DNA from: Octopus bimaculoides | Lineage: Eukaryota | Direction: 5' to 3' | NCBI RefSeq assembly: GCF_001194135.2 | Contig: NC_068993.1 | Span: forward strand, 55,477,165-55,541,164 | DNA: 64,000 nucleotides | In this document: positions 32,813-48,000 of the stretch, piece after piece | How the letters are laid out: each line of letters opens with the position of its first letter | How positions within the stretch are numbered: position 1 is the stretch's first letter | Position numbers and translations under genes: made by a program | Notes under the pieces: model-generated | Told to the model about the DNA's origin: nothing | Databases searched by the model: none | The model's input: only the letters and a program-made list of their open reading frames with translations

Positions 32813-35800
32813 GTTAGTATTCAATGATGTTTGTTGGAATTTCTCACTTTTAACCTTAAAAGTTTATCTAATTTCACTCAAATTCCCTTCAACGATCCCT
32901 AAAAGCCTTACACGTTTTTCAATCTGCTTAAAAGGCGCTTTGGGGGAATATGAATCCAACTAAATCGAATAATCTCTAGTGGGATTCTTGGTTCTAGCCA
33001 CTGCTTTGACATTGACTGAGAATCGTCCACTTTTAAGTTTAGTGCTTGCTCTAGCTTTGCTTTATTTTGACACTTTTCACAAGTCGATGTTTTCTCCACT
33101 GAATTGTTTTTCGTTTCATTTCAGCTCGGTGGCAGCGATTCAAGCAGCCCAGGTAAGTTGTAATTTGTTACTTCGACGGAGATAAGTTTAGCGTAAATCG
33201 TATGCAAATTAGGTCACTGCCTACCTCCACCTCTCTGGCAAGTGGCAAAATTGGATGTCGTGCTTTTTTTTTTCTTCTGCTTTTTAGTTTACATTCTACA
33301 TTAGAATGGGCAGAACCTTTTTTTTTTCCTCCCTGAAATACTTTTTTATTTACACCTTTTAGACTCGACGCCTCTAATAATTCGATTCTTTTAGGCCCCT
33401 GAAAATCGTGTGGAATTTGGCGGTGTTTATTTTTCTCCGTTTCTCTCACTAGTTTTTCCGTCTCTGCCAGGGAGGGTCTCACTCTGTAGTTTTTCTAACA
33501 TAAGATATACCTTCTGCTCTTTTTCTTTTCGTTTCCAATGTTTCCTTTAAACTGGCTTTATGTGGATCTATTTCATATAACGATCGATGCTTTTTACTTT
33601 CCATTTATCTCTACTCTTATCTCGGCAGTCAGTTCTCGCCACTTCAGGCCATTGTCAGATGTAGATAGACTTATATATAAACATATTATCCGAGTGATTA
33701 TTTCCTTCTTTATCATGGGACATCCTGAACTATCTCTACCCACCAAACTGGCGCCTAATCTTTCATACCACGTACACCAACTTCTCCCTACTTTCTAACA
33801 TCATATCCACACACTTCAGATCGGCAGAAATAAACAGCCAAGCTCCCTAAACTTAGATTTATTACCATTCTCTACATATATTTTCACTCTTTTCAATTTA
33901 TATAAATTTAATCAGTAAGATACGCAGTTTTTCCTCCTTCCATTTAGCGCTGCAGATTGAGTAAGCTGCTTGGTGAAAGGGCTCATACATGGAACCCTGT
34001 AGAATAAAGGGGTTCTCTAAAAATTGAACACATGTGACTTGTATAAACACAACTTTTACTTCCTCTTAATTAATATATACAATGGCTATTTATTGCCACC
34101 GTTCTCTGATTAGACATTCATTATTCTCCTTTTCGTAATATTCAGTTTTCTGTTGGAGATTTCCACGTGTAAATATTTATAATTAAGGGGACATAGTGGC
34201 GCGCACTCCCTAATATTTTCCCTCCCAACTTTCCAAGGCGGGTGGGACAGGGGAAGAAGTGCTTTATGTGGTTGCTTGTATATTTTCAATCTCGTTTCTT
34301 TCAACTCTGCCCCAATATTTTTTTTCACACACCTCTTTCGCTCTTCGCCGCTTTTTCATTACATTTCATGTTTAACAAACCCGATTCAACTTTTTTTTAC
34401 ATTTCTGTAATACCTTTTTTTTTTAATTTCGTGGATCTCTATCCGTGATGATGATGGTTGTGTGTATATATATCTATCTATATATATATATTTAATTTCA
34501 CGATCCTACATAACTCCGTTATTGTTGTTTTTCCTCTCCTGGTATGAGGTGTGATATTAACATTTATGTTTATTGTTCGACATAAGATTTCAGTTCTTAG
34601 GAATATTCTCCCACCTGCATTGTAGAAGTCTTTAGGAAAGGCATGAATTTCACAACTCTTCGTGTTTATATCTGTGGCTTCTGAAAACCTACGACTTCGT
34701 GTGCAAGTCATCACTAATTCAACTTCCTCCTTAGTTGTAATTGTTGTTCTTTCCTAAACAGAGGAGCCCGCCTACTCTTCCACAGAACCTATTGTTGACA
34801 TATATCGCGTGTTACATAGGGAAACATGGGTTTCCCTCTTCTATAATTTTAGATTTTTTTTTTCTTCTTTCATGCAAAATTTCCATACAAAGTTACAATT
34901 CGGAATACATTTCTGCGATTAAATCTAATATTTATTTATGGAAGCATTTGACTAACTCTGTGTGTGTTTGTAATAAGCGTATAAGCATGTTAAATTTAAA
35001 GACGTTAATTCTAATCATTACTTCGCTTTATCTAATTAAGTCTTTTTCCTTTTTAGAATATTAACGTAATTTAGTTATGTATATGAATGTGTTTATAGAT
35101 TTGATTGGGTTCTATTTAATATATATATATATATATATATATACACGCACATTCAATACATCCTCATCAAATCTATATACACATCCGGCATACTGTTGGT
35201 GATAAACATTAGTTTGTTTTATGTATTTATGGTTACCTTTTACTATCTAAGCTCTTAATAAATTTTAGTTATAATTTCTCAAGATGTCTTTTTGGCAAAC
35301 CCTTCTGATATTAGCCATAATAATGTGTCTCTTATTTTCGGAATAACTTCGCTATCCACACTACAAAACCAAGTTTTTAATAACTGAATTTGACTGATTT
35401 TTAAGTGGTTTCTTCTGCCGCTATTGTTGACGCTTTCTAACACTGCACAACCATTGTCGTGTTTTGTCTCTTAACGAAATTGTTTTGGTTGTGTCGCCTA
35501 TTCACACGTGGCTGGAACAATCTGAAAACTATNNNNNNNNNNNNNNNNNNNNNNNNNNNNNNNNNNNNNNNNNNNNNNNNNNNNNNNNNNNNNNNNNNNN
35601 NNNNNNNNNNNNNNNNNNNNNNNNNNNNNNNNNNNNNNNNNNNNNNNNNNNNNNNNNNNNNNNNNNNNNNNNNNNNNNNNNNNNNNNNNNNNNNNNNNNN
35701 NNNNNNNNNNNNNNNNNNNNNNNNNNNNNNNNNNNNNNNNNNNNNNNNNNNNNNNNNNNNNNNNNNNNNNNNNNNNNNNNNNNNNNNNNNNNNNNNNNNN

Positions 35801-36011
35801 NNNNNNNNNNNNNNNNNNNNNNNNNNNNNNNNNNNNNNNNNNNNNNNNNNNNNNNNNNNNNNNNNNNNNNNNNNNNNNNNNNNNNNNNNNNNNNNNNNNN
35901 NNNNNNNNNNNNNNNNNNNNNNNNNNNNNNNNNNNNNNNNNNNNNNNNNNNNNNNNNNNNNNNNNNNNNNNNNNNNNNNNNNNNNNNNNNNNNNNNNNNN
36001 NNNNNNNNNNN

Positions 36012-36065
<54 letters not shown>

Positions 36066-39000
36066 TGTGCGTGTGCGTGTTAGGAATGTTTAATTCGACT
36101 CTATCTGGTTTACCCTGCTCTTGTGTTATTGTTAAAACATCGGCGCTGGTCTTTCTGTAAAACAGCAGTCGTGAGAATTCCATTGCATTTTGGAATATTT
36201 GCTTTCCTATTGCTTGTTTTTGATGAGAGAGAGGGAATACTTGTTCTGTTATAAATTATCGAATTACTTTGGCTGATTCTGATGGAGCTCGGGAAGCTGA
36301 TATTTTAAACAACAATGCTGTGTGTATGCCTGCATGTATGTATGTATGTATATGCCTGTGTATATTTATGTGTGTGTGTTGGTTTTTGTATAGGTGGGTG
36401 GGGTGGCGGTTGAAAGGTGTTTGTTATTTCTCTTTTGCTCCCGCACACAAAGACAACATGTACACTCTCGCAGAACGAACGTACACTATTCAGTTTGTAT
36501 ACAATGTCAACATTGGGGCTTCTTTGTTTTGCGGCGACTCTGCACAATGTGTGATTGATGGAACGGAATGACGGCACCGATCTTTTGTGTGAAGGAAACT
36601 AACACAAAAATTAAATGTATGAGAAGAGGGAGCTGGTGTTTAAAATGCAGAAGAATACAAGTGGGGATATGAATAATAGCTCGCCAGTGGTATTAATTAA
36701 GCAAGTCTGTTCCTTAACTTATCACCGCCACCCTCTTTCCCTTGTATTCTTTTCCTGTTAAAAATCAGACAAGAACTGCACAAGAATGTTTTTATCTTTA
36801 ATAAGGGCCAATACAAAGTACGTTTTGTTGACTGTTATTAACTAAACCCTTCGTTCTTCAACAACAATAGGGAGCTCTATGTGGTCGCTCGACCTGCTAG
36901 AAATAGTTGTCAAATCTCTCTGAAACCCTTATAGATCATTAATCCGGTTAGTTACCATCTATTCCAGTAGTTTTTACACACACACACACATACACTCCAG
37001 CTAACCGATTGCCCTCCCTGTTTCTTCAATCTTTAGGAATCCTTGATTTCTTGTGGAGTCTTACTATATCCTGTTGTAGTTATAAAGAACCGCATATTCT
37101 TATGGTTTGACGATACATTGAAGATATTATTTGGGGTATAATCTAGGAGTTGTTTAGCTCCACGTCAACGCTGGCCGAGTAAACCTCTGATCTGATGCGT
37201 TCCAATCGTGGTCTGTTTTCTACCGAGTCGAGTAACCCCGTATAAATTGCTTCCTCATTCACTGGTGTATTGTATCGTTGTGTGATGTAGTACGGTGTTG
37301 TTTAATTAGTCCCAGATCGTTACCAATCCATCAGAGCTATGCTTAAAGGCATTCCAATCATGACCAACCAACCGTTCTATTCAAATAGTATTTAAGATTT
37401 GTTTTTAAGACAGTTTGAGATTTTGCTGCTGTTTCCTACAGGCCAGGTTGACCCATGTCGCTTCGTGGTATCCAGCCTAGTAAATATTCGTGGTTCTTAT
37501 CAATGAAGCGTTATATAGCATTGTACTGCACATGACATTGTCTCTGTTTATGGTTTATATAGCTGGGTCTAGTTTGGAGCTACGGCTTTTTTTCAGTACC
37601 CCTATGTTAGGTATATTTTTGTTTGTTTCGTTTTGCTTTCGCCTGGTACCTCTTTGGGGTGGACGTGCGAACATGTGTGTGCGTAAGAGACTGGTGATAG
37701 ACTGATGCTGTTTCCAGATCCTCTCGTATATTTCGACTTCTCGAAATAATTGTCCAATGTATGTGATGTGTGATATAAGATTCTGTTGTAATTCCATCTG
37801 ACTTCACAATTTACCTAAAGAATGTGCATTTTTGTACCAATGAAATACGTATTGTTTAGTCTCAAGTGATCTCTGGTTGAATAAGACTTCTGTTCAAAGG
37901 TGGCCTTAATGTTTTTTGTTTTGTTTTTTTGTCCCCCCCCCCCCATCTACAACCAACTTGTTCACAATGTCCTTCCTTTGTTAAACTTTGTTAAAGCGGT
38001 TTTGTGATTTGAGGGCGGTTTGGCTGCGATTTCTAACAGGCTGATCATTGGTTTGTGATTTGATGTGTTCTCTTCTGGTGTTTTTCACTTTGAATGGTAG
38101 ATTTTGTTCCCAAGACTCAGTTAAGTATTCTTTAACATATTTGTACCTTGACCGGAGCTGATTTCACTTGGTTGCCATTTTAAAAACATTTTTTACAAAG
38201 AAAATGATTATTTAGATGAAATGCTTCACAAAGTTTGTTTACATTTCACGTTTGTCTATAATTATTGTAAGTTTAATATCCAATCTGTTCCATTATTGTA
38301 GGTTTAGTAAAGGAGGTGAGCTGGTAGAATACAAAATGCCTTGCTGTATTTGTTCCAGTTCTTTACATTTTCAGTTCATAGGGGTCGATAAAATAAAGTA
38401 TTGGCTAAATACTAGGCATTGGTATCAACTAACACCTCCCCTCTGCTCAAAATTGTTAGCCTTGTGTCTCAGTCGAAAACTGTTATTGGTCTTAATATCT
38501 GGTCTTTATTCTGTTTTTCATTTAAGACAGAACCTCTCTCATTTAAACCTTTAAGCTAACCTATCAGTTATTCTTTATTACTTGTTTGGTGATCTCATTG
38601 AATTATCTCTACCCATTGAGCAAAGCTTAACTATTCTCTTGTCATATGTAGTTCCAGAGACAGTTGGGGTGCCACCATCTGTTCCCTGCACTCTTGTGCA
38701 CCACTCTCCCATCTATAGACTACACTTAGTTGCACCCACGCCTATCCATAACCCCATTAGTTCCTATTTTGTTATACATTGAAGTATAAGAAATAACTGA
38801 ACAGATGTTTTCGTTGGTGCTTTTTTTTTTAATGTCCTGGTTTTATTCAATGATTCCTAACTAATTTTGTTCCTCTTAATGTGATACACTGTAATGTTGT
38901 TGGCCTTTGTGTAAGACAGTAATCCAATTTCTTTCAGTCACCACAAACTTTTAAAACAAAACAAACTTGACCACTGCATGGTATCTTTTGTCCTTGTCTG

Positions 39001-42000
39001 TTGCTACATCACCCTTTAATGTTACATGCTAATCATTGCGGATGTAATTAACTTTTCTCTCATCCATCCTGAAGCTTGACCAACTCTGCCTGTCTTCTGG
39101 TAAGTGGAATAAGTAACGATGTACTTCCGAATGCTTATAGTTTCTGTAGATATTTCATCTTTGCTGTTAATTCAAGATTAGCTTAGTTGACTTCAGAACT
39201 AACATTTGTCATTCCCTTTCTGGGAAGAACTAGTTACAACTAGTTACCAATGATATTTCTAAGGGTATGTTAGTAAAAAAAAAAAATCTGTTGTTTCATT
39301 GTCTTAATATGGCAGCTTGTTGTCTATATTGATAGATCTTTTTTTTCCATAGCTTATTATCTTTGCAGCAGTGTTATTGAGCAAGTTTCTTTGTTTTTTT
39401 TATGTTAATAATGGGTTTTCCTAGACTAGGAAAGAGAGATGATTGGGAAATGTGATGTTTGGTTTAAATTGTTACAAGTTTCTGGTTGGCAGAAAACATT
39501 TACAAAAAGGGTTCCAAGTCGATGTAGCTTTAAGTTAAGATAAAGGGGAGATGGGGTGAGGAAGAGAGAATGAAGAGGATATCAACAGGTATGATTGGTA
39601 TACAGTCAACTAATTTAAGAGAAACAGAACCTGTTGACCAAAACAGAAGACATTAATGATGTCACTTGAACCATCAACTTCCTTAATTTACATTGTTTAA
39701 CCCTTTCGCATTCAGATTACTCTGTAATGCTTATCTATCCACATTGTTTTTAATTAATCATGCATAATCTCATAGCTTTGAGGTTTCAGTCATTGTTTAT
39801 TTTTAGAATGTCAATGTAGGGTATATGTGAGAAGCTAGATATGACCAATTTAAATATAAAACCAGTAGAATATATTGGCTGGATGTGGTTGGTTTAAATG
39901 CTAAAGTGTTAATGTTGTACTCACACACTTGCACTTTCACTTTATAATTTGCAGTTTTTAAGTCAATCCGAGGATCTATTGAATGGAGAGGAGATATGTC
40001 TCTTCTATGATAGTAGTGATTGTATATAAAAGGTAATAAATCTTGTATGCAACATCACTTTGGTTAACGTGTAATGAAGTTTAATAATGGAAAACAATGA
40101 ACACCTTCCTCCTCTCCCACCTTATTTACAGTCTTTACAGATGATATAATTGACTGGATGTAATATTAAACTACTGAATCAGAAATTCTTTTTGTGCTCA
40201 AACCACCACAGTTGCTGTTTTGTGGTGTACTTTGGCCAGACACTGAATTTTACATGCTTCTGTTCGCATTGCCTTCAGGAATGGGCAGTAGCTTTTTTAA
40301 TGTTACCTCATATAGACAGATCTGTTGTTTGTCCAGTTCCAAGATTATTTTCTCATCTAGTTCACATCATGAAAAGTTGAAGCTAAACTTCCACCACCAA
40401 TACTAGGGATCCCAGAATATCTTCATTTTAATTCACTCTTGTCTTCATGTGTTGTCATATAGTTGATGATTTCATAATATATATCTTTTTCTTTATCCAA
40501 TCCCTCCCACTTTCTTAGACAACCGGGACCAAGATTTTGCTCCTACTCGCGATATGATGAAGCATGAAGGCTATGATGATGAACGAACATTAGAAGAAGA
40601 AGAAGCTATGAGTGGTGGCAGTTGTTCTAATGAGCTTGATGAACTTCAAAAGGTTGGTTTGCATTTTACTTCTGGTTGCTGTTGTCATTTTTTTTTTCTC
40701 TACTTAATACCTTCTGCCCCCTCTAAATTTTAGCAATTTAAATGATACAAGAATAAAACAAGAAGCAAAGACAGCATTTATTTGGAAATATTTTTACTAA
40801 TCGATTTTATTTTAATTTTTTTTTATTTAATCCTTCTTGTGTGTTTCATATTACCTTCTTATTTGGTATTATGATTTTAAAGATATTTTTGTTTTGTTTG
40901 AATTTTTTTTTTCTTTCTTTCTTTAATTTGTCTTAACTTCCTGTCCATTCTAGTTTCACTGGTTGTGTTATCTCTTCCATCCCTTTCACAATATCTGTAC
41001 TGATTTCTTCTTCACTAGTCATCACCACTTCCTTGGGAAGGCGGAGTTTCTCTTTCTTTCTCTCTCTCTCTCTCTCTCTCTCTCATACACATTCATTCAT
41101 TTGTTCTTTCTTTCTTCTCTTCACACACACCAAGTAAAACAAGTCAGTGAAGTTAGACAACATCCAATTCTCTGTATTTACATGTCAGTTAAATTATATA
41201 ATGACTGTAGATTGGTTGGTTCAGTCCATGCCAGTGTGAGTATGTGTACGTACATACATGCATATATATATATATATATACATATATACATACATATATA
41301 CACATTCACACACACACGTAATGCAGAGCCAAATGTCATACTGTTTATAGAGCATGCCTTCAGATAAATGTCTATCTTTTGATTTGTATTTTTGTTTGTT
41401 GGGGAGGGGTGGTTGGGGTGGTTATTAACCTCTTCTTTTCACTTAGAAATTTTGGGGTCGTGTGTGTGTGTGTATACATGTTCACATGTGCATGTGTTTT
41501 TGTATCTCAAGATAAATTTGGTTCTATCAATCATGTAACAAAATATGGTCTCAGCCTCTATAAATTGCCAAACATCCACAGTTGGTTATCTCACTTTTTC
41601 TAACTTGTTCAACTGCTACTTGTGTATGCGTGTCGTGATCTTAATACATCCTTGCATTTCTTCAGTTCTTCAAATCCTCAGTCAGTAGTAAAGCAATGCT
41701 TTATGCAGTCAGCCATTTCCAGTTTTGAATATGTTGTTGGAATTACCTAAGCTTATATAACTTGCTGTGTTAAACTATCACTAAACATAATTACCATGTT
41801 GTATATTTAGAACAAGTCAGGTTTGCAACTGCTATTCCCACAGGCTCAGGAACAGAGGGTGAAGTGGGTCCAAGCACACCCGCTAACATTTAGGCAGGGG
41901 TTGTGAAAGTGCTTTGAACATCTTCCTGGAAAACTGGGTTTGCACCCACTTAGCAAATTTCACTCGCCCACACTTACAGGCATTCCTCCTATTCAAGAGA

Positions 42001-45000
42001 AGCTTTTAATTCAACAATGCATGTTGATACATTATATGATGCCTCTGTTTGCAAATAAACCAACTTGAACATTGAAGATTAAATCCTAGTGACGAATTAA
42101 GAAGAGCAGTGCTAGTGTTTTGTTACAATTTGTTAATCTTTTGACTGACTTACCGATATCCCATTAGTGCTGAAGGCTGCACATCTGTGTGAAAGATGCA
42201 CACACATGAAGCAGGATCTATGTGAAATGTAAGAATGTTTCATAGATACACTAGGAATATATTGTTGTTGCTTAACCCCAGGCCTGTAATCAGAGTTGTT
42301 CCAACCATAACCATCAAGTCTTTTTTTTTTTTTTTTTTTTTAGTCTTCGTTATTGAATATGTCCGTTCATTTTTAAGATAGTAGGATATGATTTGAGGGT
42401 GATTTGGCCACTGTTTTTAGCAGGTTTAGTAACCACATTGAGAATTCTTTGTTGGCTCATGTAACATCAGTTAATATATTTAGTGTATGTTAAGGCAGCG
42501 AACTGGCAGAATCATTAGCATGTCAGGCAAAATGCTTAGCAGCATTTCATCCAGCTTTGTTCTGAGTTCAAATTTCACCAAGGTCCACTTTGCCTTTCAT
42601 CCTTCCAGGGTCGATAAAATAAGTACCAGTTAAGCACTGGGGTTGATGTAATCTACTAGCCCCCTCCCCCAAAATTTCAAGCCTTGTGTTTGAAAGGAAT
42701 ATATTTAATGTGTAGTTGTAATATACAGAAGTACTGGTTAGATCACCATAACACTTGGAACTTTATTAGTTTGTCACCTATTGAGTGAAGACAAGAAGAG
42801 ATGTAGGGCTGTATTTACATCTCCTCAAAACTTTTATTTTGTATCCTTATGCTATCTTTTATGCCTGAGTTATGTTTGATTAAGCCTTCATTCTGATGTG
42901 TCTTAACTGTTCACATAAGAATGATTAAACATTGCTCACAGCTTGGTTTACCTAAAATTACTGCCAGACACAACTTTTATATATATAGATATATATATCT
43001 GTGTGTGTGTGTATGAGATTGTTTTGGTCAGTTTAAAACCTTGATCTCCAGTCTTCAACATGCACCAGAGTTGTATGTGAAGGAAAAGCAAAACAAACCA
43101 AAGGATATGGTGTTGTGCTTCATGATATCAAATCCGTTTCAGTTATTTCCTTCTTCCTGATCAAACTCACAAAAATCTACATTGTTTTCTTTGTGTAGTG
43201 ATTTAGGAATCCGTATCAAAATCTTCTTTGAGTGTTGGCTGTAATAAACTGGTGTCCTGTCTAAAGAAGGATTTATTTCTGATCTACTTAATACTGTTGA
43301 GTCCCACCTGCACAAAGTACTCGTCTATGACACGTCATCATGTGACTGACCAACTATCAGTTGTTACACATCACTGGTCACAATGTGCTTTGCGTCATTT
43401 TAGTCTTTGAATGACTCCACCCTTCTGGCTAGGTATGCTGGAGCAACATAAAATGAAGTGTTTCGCTCAAGAACACAACGTGCCACCCAATCTGGGGATC
43501 AAACCCGCAATCTAGTGATTGTGAGTGCAACTCCCTAATCACTAAGCCTCATGCTTTCACACGTTTTTATACACTCAAGAAATCTCCGTTGCATCTCCAT
43601 CACTGATACTCGTTAGAAAAGCATGTCAGATTTGATTGTTTCTGTTTCTTTTTTAACTATGGTGGATGTCTGTGTCTAGAAGCCTGTCCGCATGATAGAT
43701 TTAGTGCCCACACTGTCACTGTAAACATTTAAAGTTTTTAAACTTTATCAATATTCATTTTTAGTTGATTTTCTTTTTGTCTTGTTTGTAATAAACCTTA
43801 TTAACCCTTAATCACTGGTATGGTACATGTGAAGTCATTAATCTAATCTATTTTTCTTTGACAACTGACTCTTGATATGTAAGCATTTTATTTTTGTTTG
43901 TTTTTGTTTGTTTGTTTTTTTGTGATTTCAAGCTTTATTTATAAATGTGTGTGGTATGTGTGTATTTCATTTAATTAACTAACTTGTCATAAATGATAGA
44001 GAAACCAGAAGTATGTTGGATTGTTATTAAACTAAATACTCCTCCTTCTTGGATTCATTTTGTATTGTTCTACACACAGAAACATACAGGCAGCTGTGGT
44101 GTTATATTAAATTTAAGGTACACATGACACAAACGTCTTAAGGTAACAAGCACTATCAAGATCTTAACATTCAAGTATGAATAAGATATAGCATTGTATA
44201 TATTTCCAGATAAATTGCATATAAATATGTGTAATTTAAACATCTGTTGAATGCAACACATTTTGATTGATCTAATCTAAGGCAATAATACCCCACAAAG
44301 TGCTCAGTAAATGGTTAGCAGTAAGGTAAGATATTTAGGACGATGACATTAGTTGACATGATAAATATGGAACTGAGTCAGAAAGATCACATCAGTCAAA
44401 CACACATGAAAACAGCTATTTGGTGCTGAGGCAGAGCCTGATTCTGCTGGCTCAAACTGAACTCCCAACTTACATTGTCAACCAGCTTAAACACTCAAGA
44501 GGGTGATGAGAGCACACAATACATTGCAAACCCAAACAGGGCCTTTGATTAGCTTTGTTTTGAATGAATTGAGACTTACCTCCGAAGGACTCAACTGCTT
44601 GCTAAAACAGCAGCTGACACAAGAGTCACACCTGTTGTAGTGGGAGGAGAAAAATCATCACAACTGTTTTGTTATGTATTTCAACAGAAAATCTTAATTC
44701 TACACAGATCTATCTGCTGCCAATAGATACAAGATCTTGGATGAATTGGCACCCAATCCAGTAGATGTATGTTTAATCTCATCTACATTATAATGTAAAA
44801 CTGCTTGAAATGATCAATTTGTCTGATTTGTATTCTGTCACTTTATTTTCTAAACCAAACCCACCACCCCATCCTCTTTATTGCAATGATTAGTGTTCAC
44901 AATTTAATGATAAGTGAATTTTTTTTTTTAAGTAAATATTCTCTTATCACTAAAATTAGTTCAGATTTTGTTCATTTCTAGCAACAGGTGGCTATCCTAT

Positions 45001-48000
45001 AGAAATTTTGATAATAATTCTTTCATTTCACCTATTTCACCTGCCACACTTTACCCAATGTTGCATCCTGCCACCCTGGAAACTGCTATAATTTGAGATG
45101 ATATTTGGTTTCAAATAGAAGAATATTGACAAGTAACTCTACTCTAACAAAACTATGTTATAGTTTGCTTACTGGATAACACTCAGCACAGTTGATTTGA
45201 TTAGACATTTAACAGTAACACATTTCACACCACACAGGTAACTGGCTGTTTGACGGTAACACACCAACACCATTTTGTTTACTAATAGGATGTTTGATGG
45301 TAACACACCTGTTACTTAACTCACTAACTGGATGTTTGACAGCAATACATCTAATGTATCGGTTTTGAGTGGATTTTAGTCATAGCTAGGTTCACACGCC
45401 ACAATCTGTTGGGAAGTTTTGTATGAGATATCGTATGGCAGTCTGGATCTGTTGTGGAGAACTTTAACTACATCTGGGGGGAAACGGCTTCGCAACTGAT
45501 TAAAATGAAGTCTCCCTGAGTCTCACTCTGACCTGTAAGTGTGCTGCCTCCTCCTCTCTCTATCTCTACCATTCTTGCAGTGTTGTCCTCTGCTCTTCAG
45601 TGCTGACTGGTCTCATGCAATATTTCCACTCAGGCACTTCTTTATTTATCTCTGTTCTTTACTCATATCGTGTTCCCTATTTTTGGCCCTTCACCAACTG
45701 TTTGGTTCAGGCCTTCTTTTCCCCAAATATTTTGTCATCTGGTGTTCCCTCTTTGCACATGTTCAACTTGCAGCAGTTGAAGAAGAATGTTAATTACCAG
45801 TTCTCAGCAGACCTACACAGGTCCTAGTCACGGTCCCTTCCTCCAGACATGACAAATAAATAGAGAGAGAGAGAGAGAGTAAGGAGGCATGTTGTTTGAG
45901 ATGTAAAGTGCTTGGGTTGTTTTATATATCCAAAAGTTTTGGGAGTGGCAATGGAAACAAATGAGGTGAGTGATTCAAATTGTCAAATGTTTGTGTGTGT
46001 ATTTCTCTTGAATCTGTGTATATGTTTTGACAGCTGGTTGTGTAAAGGTGTTGTGACAGTGAATGTTGGTGGAACATACTGCAACTTGATTTTACTTAAC
46101 ACATTGTAAAAGACATCTGTATCTTCTTTCTCACTAATTTAATTACACATATACTTTGAAGGGTCTACGACCTGTATTGTAATTTAGTGTTTATTTTTGT
46201 GTGCTTAATCATGTATTTGAGGGAATTATGATTCTTTTTTTTTTTTTTTTTTTTCCAAATCTGTTTAATGTATAGCTTACTTTTGAGTTTGTTTCCAAAT
46301 ACTCTTTTCTCTAAATGCCACCTTAATACATGCTGTAAATTGTACCTACACTGGAATAGCTTACTCTACAGGTACCTACTATGTATTGTTTCATTAGATA
46401 CTGTCTACTTTCTCAGATATCTATACTTGATAATTACTTACACTATCCACTCCACTCTTCTGTATTCTGTGCCAATATACAAGGGTTAAATTATCATTCT
46501 TCGCTATTCAGCAATTATTTTGAATCCTTGGAGTTGTTGTAGACACAACGTGTGCATTTGTCTTCAAAAATAGGTGATTCTCCTAACCTTTGGTAAGCAT
46601 GTAAGCCAAGTGCTGCAAGCAAAAGAGAGTGGCCCCAATTTTTTTATCTCCTCAGGAACCTATTTATAAAATGAGCCATTGAAGGTTTGTTTGCCAATGC
46701 GTCTGTGGTATTTTGTGGTAAGATTTCAGCTCCCCATCCTTTAAAATCATTGGCTGGTATCATATCAATTGAGTCAGCTTTTTATTATTGATATTGTTGT
46801 TGTTAGTTAAAGGCTTTCTGTGACCTGATTTCTCAACTCTGGATGTCTTGCTAATTAATAGTCTTTGAAAATGCATCATATCGCATTATCTGTCCTACCA
46901 TTATAGGCCAGAAAATGGAAAGCTTTATTGTGTCTTGGAGTTTGCATATTGCTACACTGAGATTAAGATCCAGCTTTCAAAGAGAACAATAAATATATAC
47001 TAGTAATATACTAGTGTTAAAACAAAATACTAAGGTTTTTGTTAAAATAAAGTTTTGTTATTGCAAGTAATATTGTACAGAAGTTGCTGGCACAATCTTC
47101 CAATTATAAATATCTTTATATAGACAACATAGTTGTCTACTTCATGACAGCAACTGATAATTTTCTAAGAAATTATTGTAACTAGTGAATTGGCAGAATT
47201 GGTGGAGCATCAGACAAAATGCCTTGTGCTGTTTAATTAATGTAACTTTATCTTCATTGTTCAAGTCCCACCAGGTTCAGATCCTTCCAAAGGATTAAAT
47301 AAGTACTAATCAGGTACAGAGGTTAATCTTCTCGACTGCACCCTCCTCACACAAAACCATTCCTATTGCTTAGAGAAGGCATGAATGCCATGATCTCATT
47401 TTCCTGCTCCTTTTACTCCTAACTTTAAGGCAGTTGATGTCTGAATTGGTAGAGCATCAGACAAAACACTTCATCATATTTTAAGTTCAATTCCTGTCAA
47501 GTATTGGAATTGATTTAATTGGTTTTCCTCTCTTCTTTGGCCTCGTTCATCTAAACCTTGTAAATGGTTTGTGGCTCCGGGAGAGTTATAATTATTTAAA
47601 ATTCCAAATATGTCACCTGGCCTCTTAATCTTAAATCTTACTCATGGAGTTGAATAGCCTCATCTTTTTAGGACCTTTTCTCTCAACTGATATGACATTT
47701 TTCTTTGTTATTTGTTGTATTTTTTTTAACTGAAATTTTTTTTCTGTTTATTATTTATTTATTTATTTATTTATTACATCAAAACTTAAGATAATTTTTT
47801 TTTTTTATGTTTTGGGCTTTTCGTTATTTAAAACAAATTATTATTTTTTTTCATTTCCTGCCCCCACCCCTCCTGCCTACTCTCCACCAAACTCTCTTTT
47901 AAAGTTAAAAAGTTATTTCTGTAATATGTGTTGATAAGTTGAAATAAGTTTGTCACCTGTAGCTGTAAAACAGCAGCAAACCTTTTTACCAAAGACAGTT

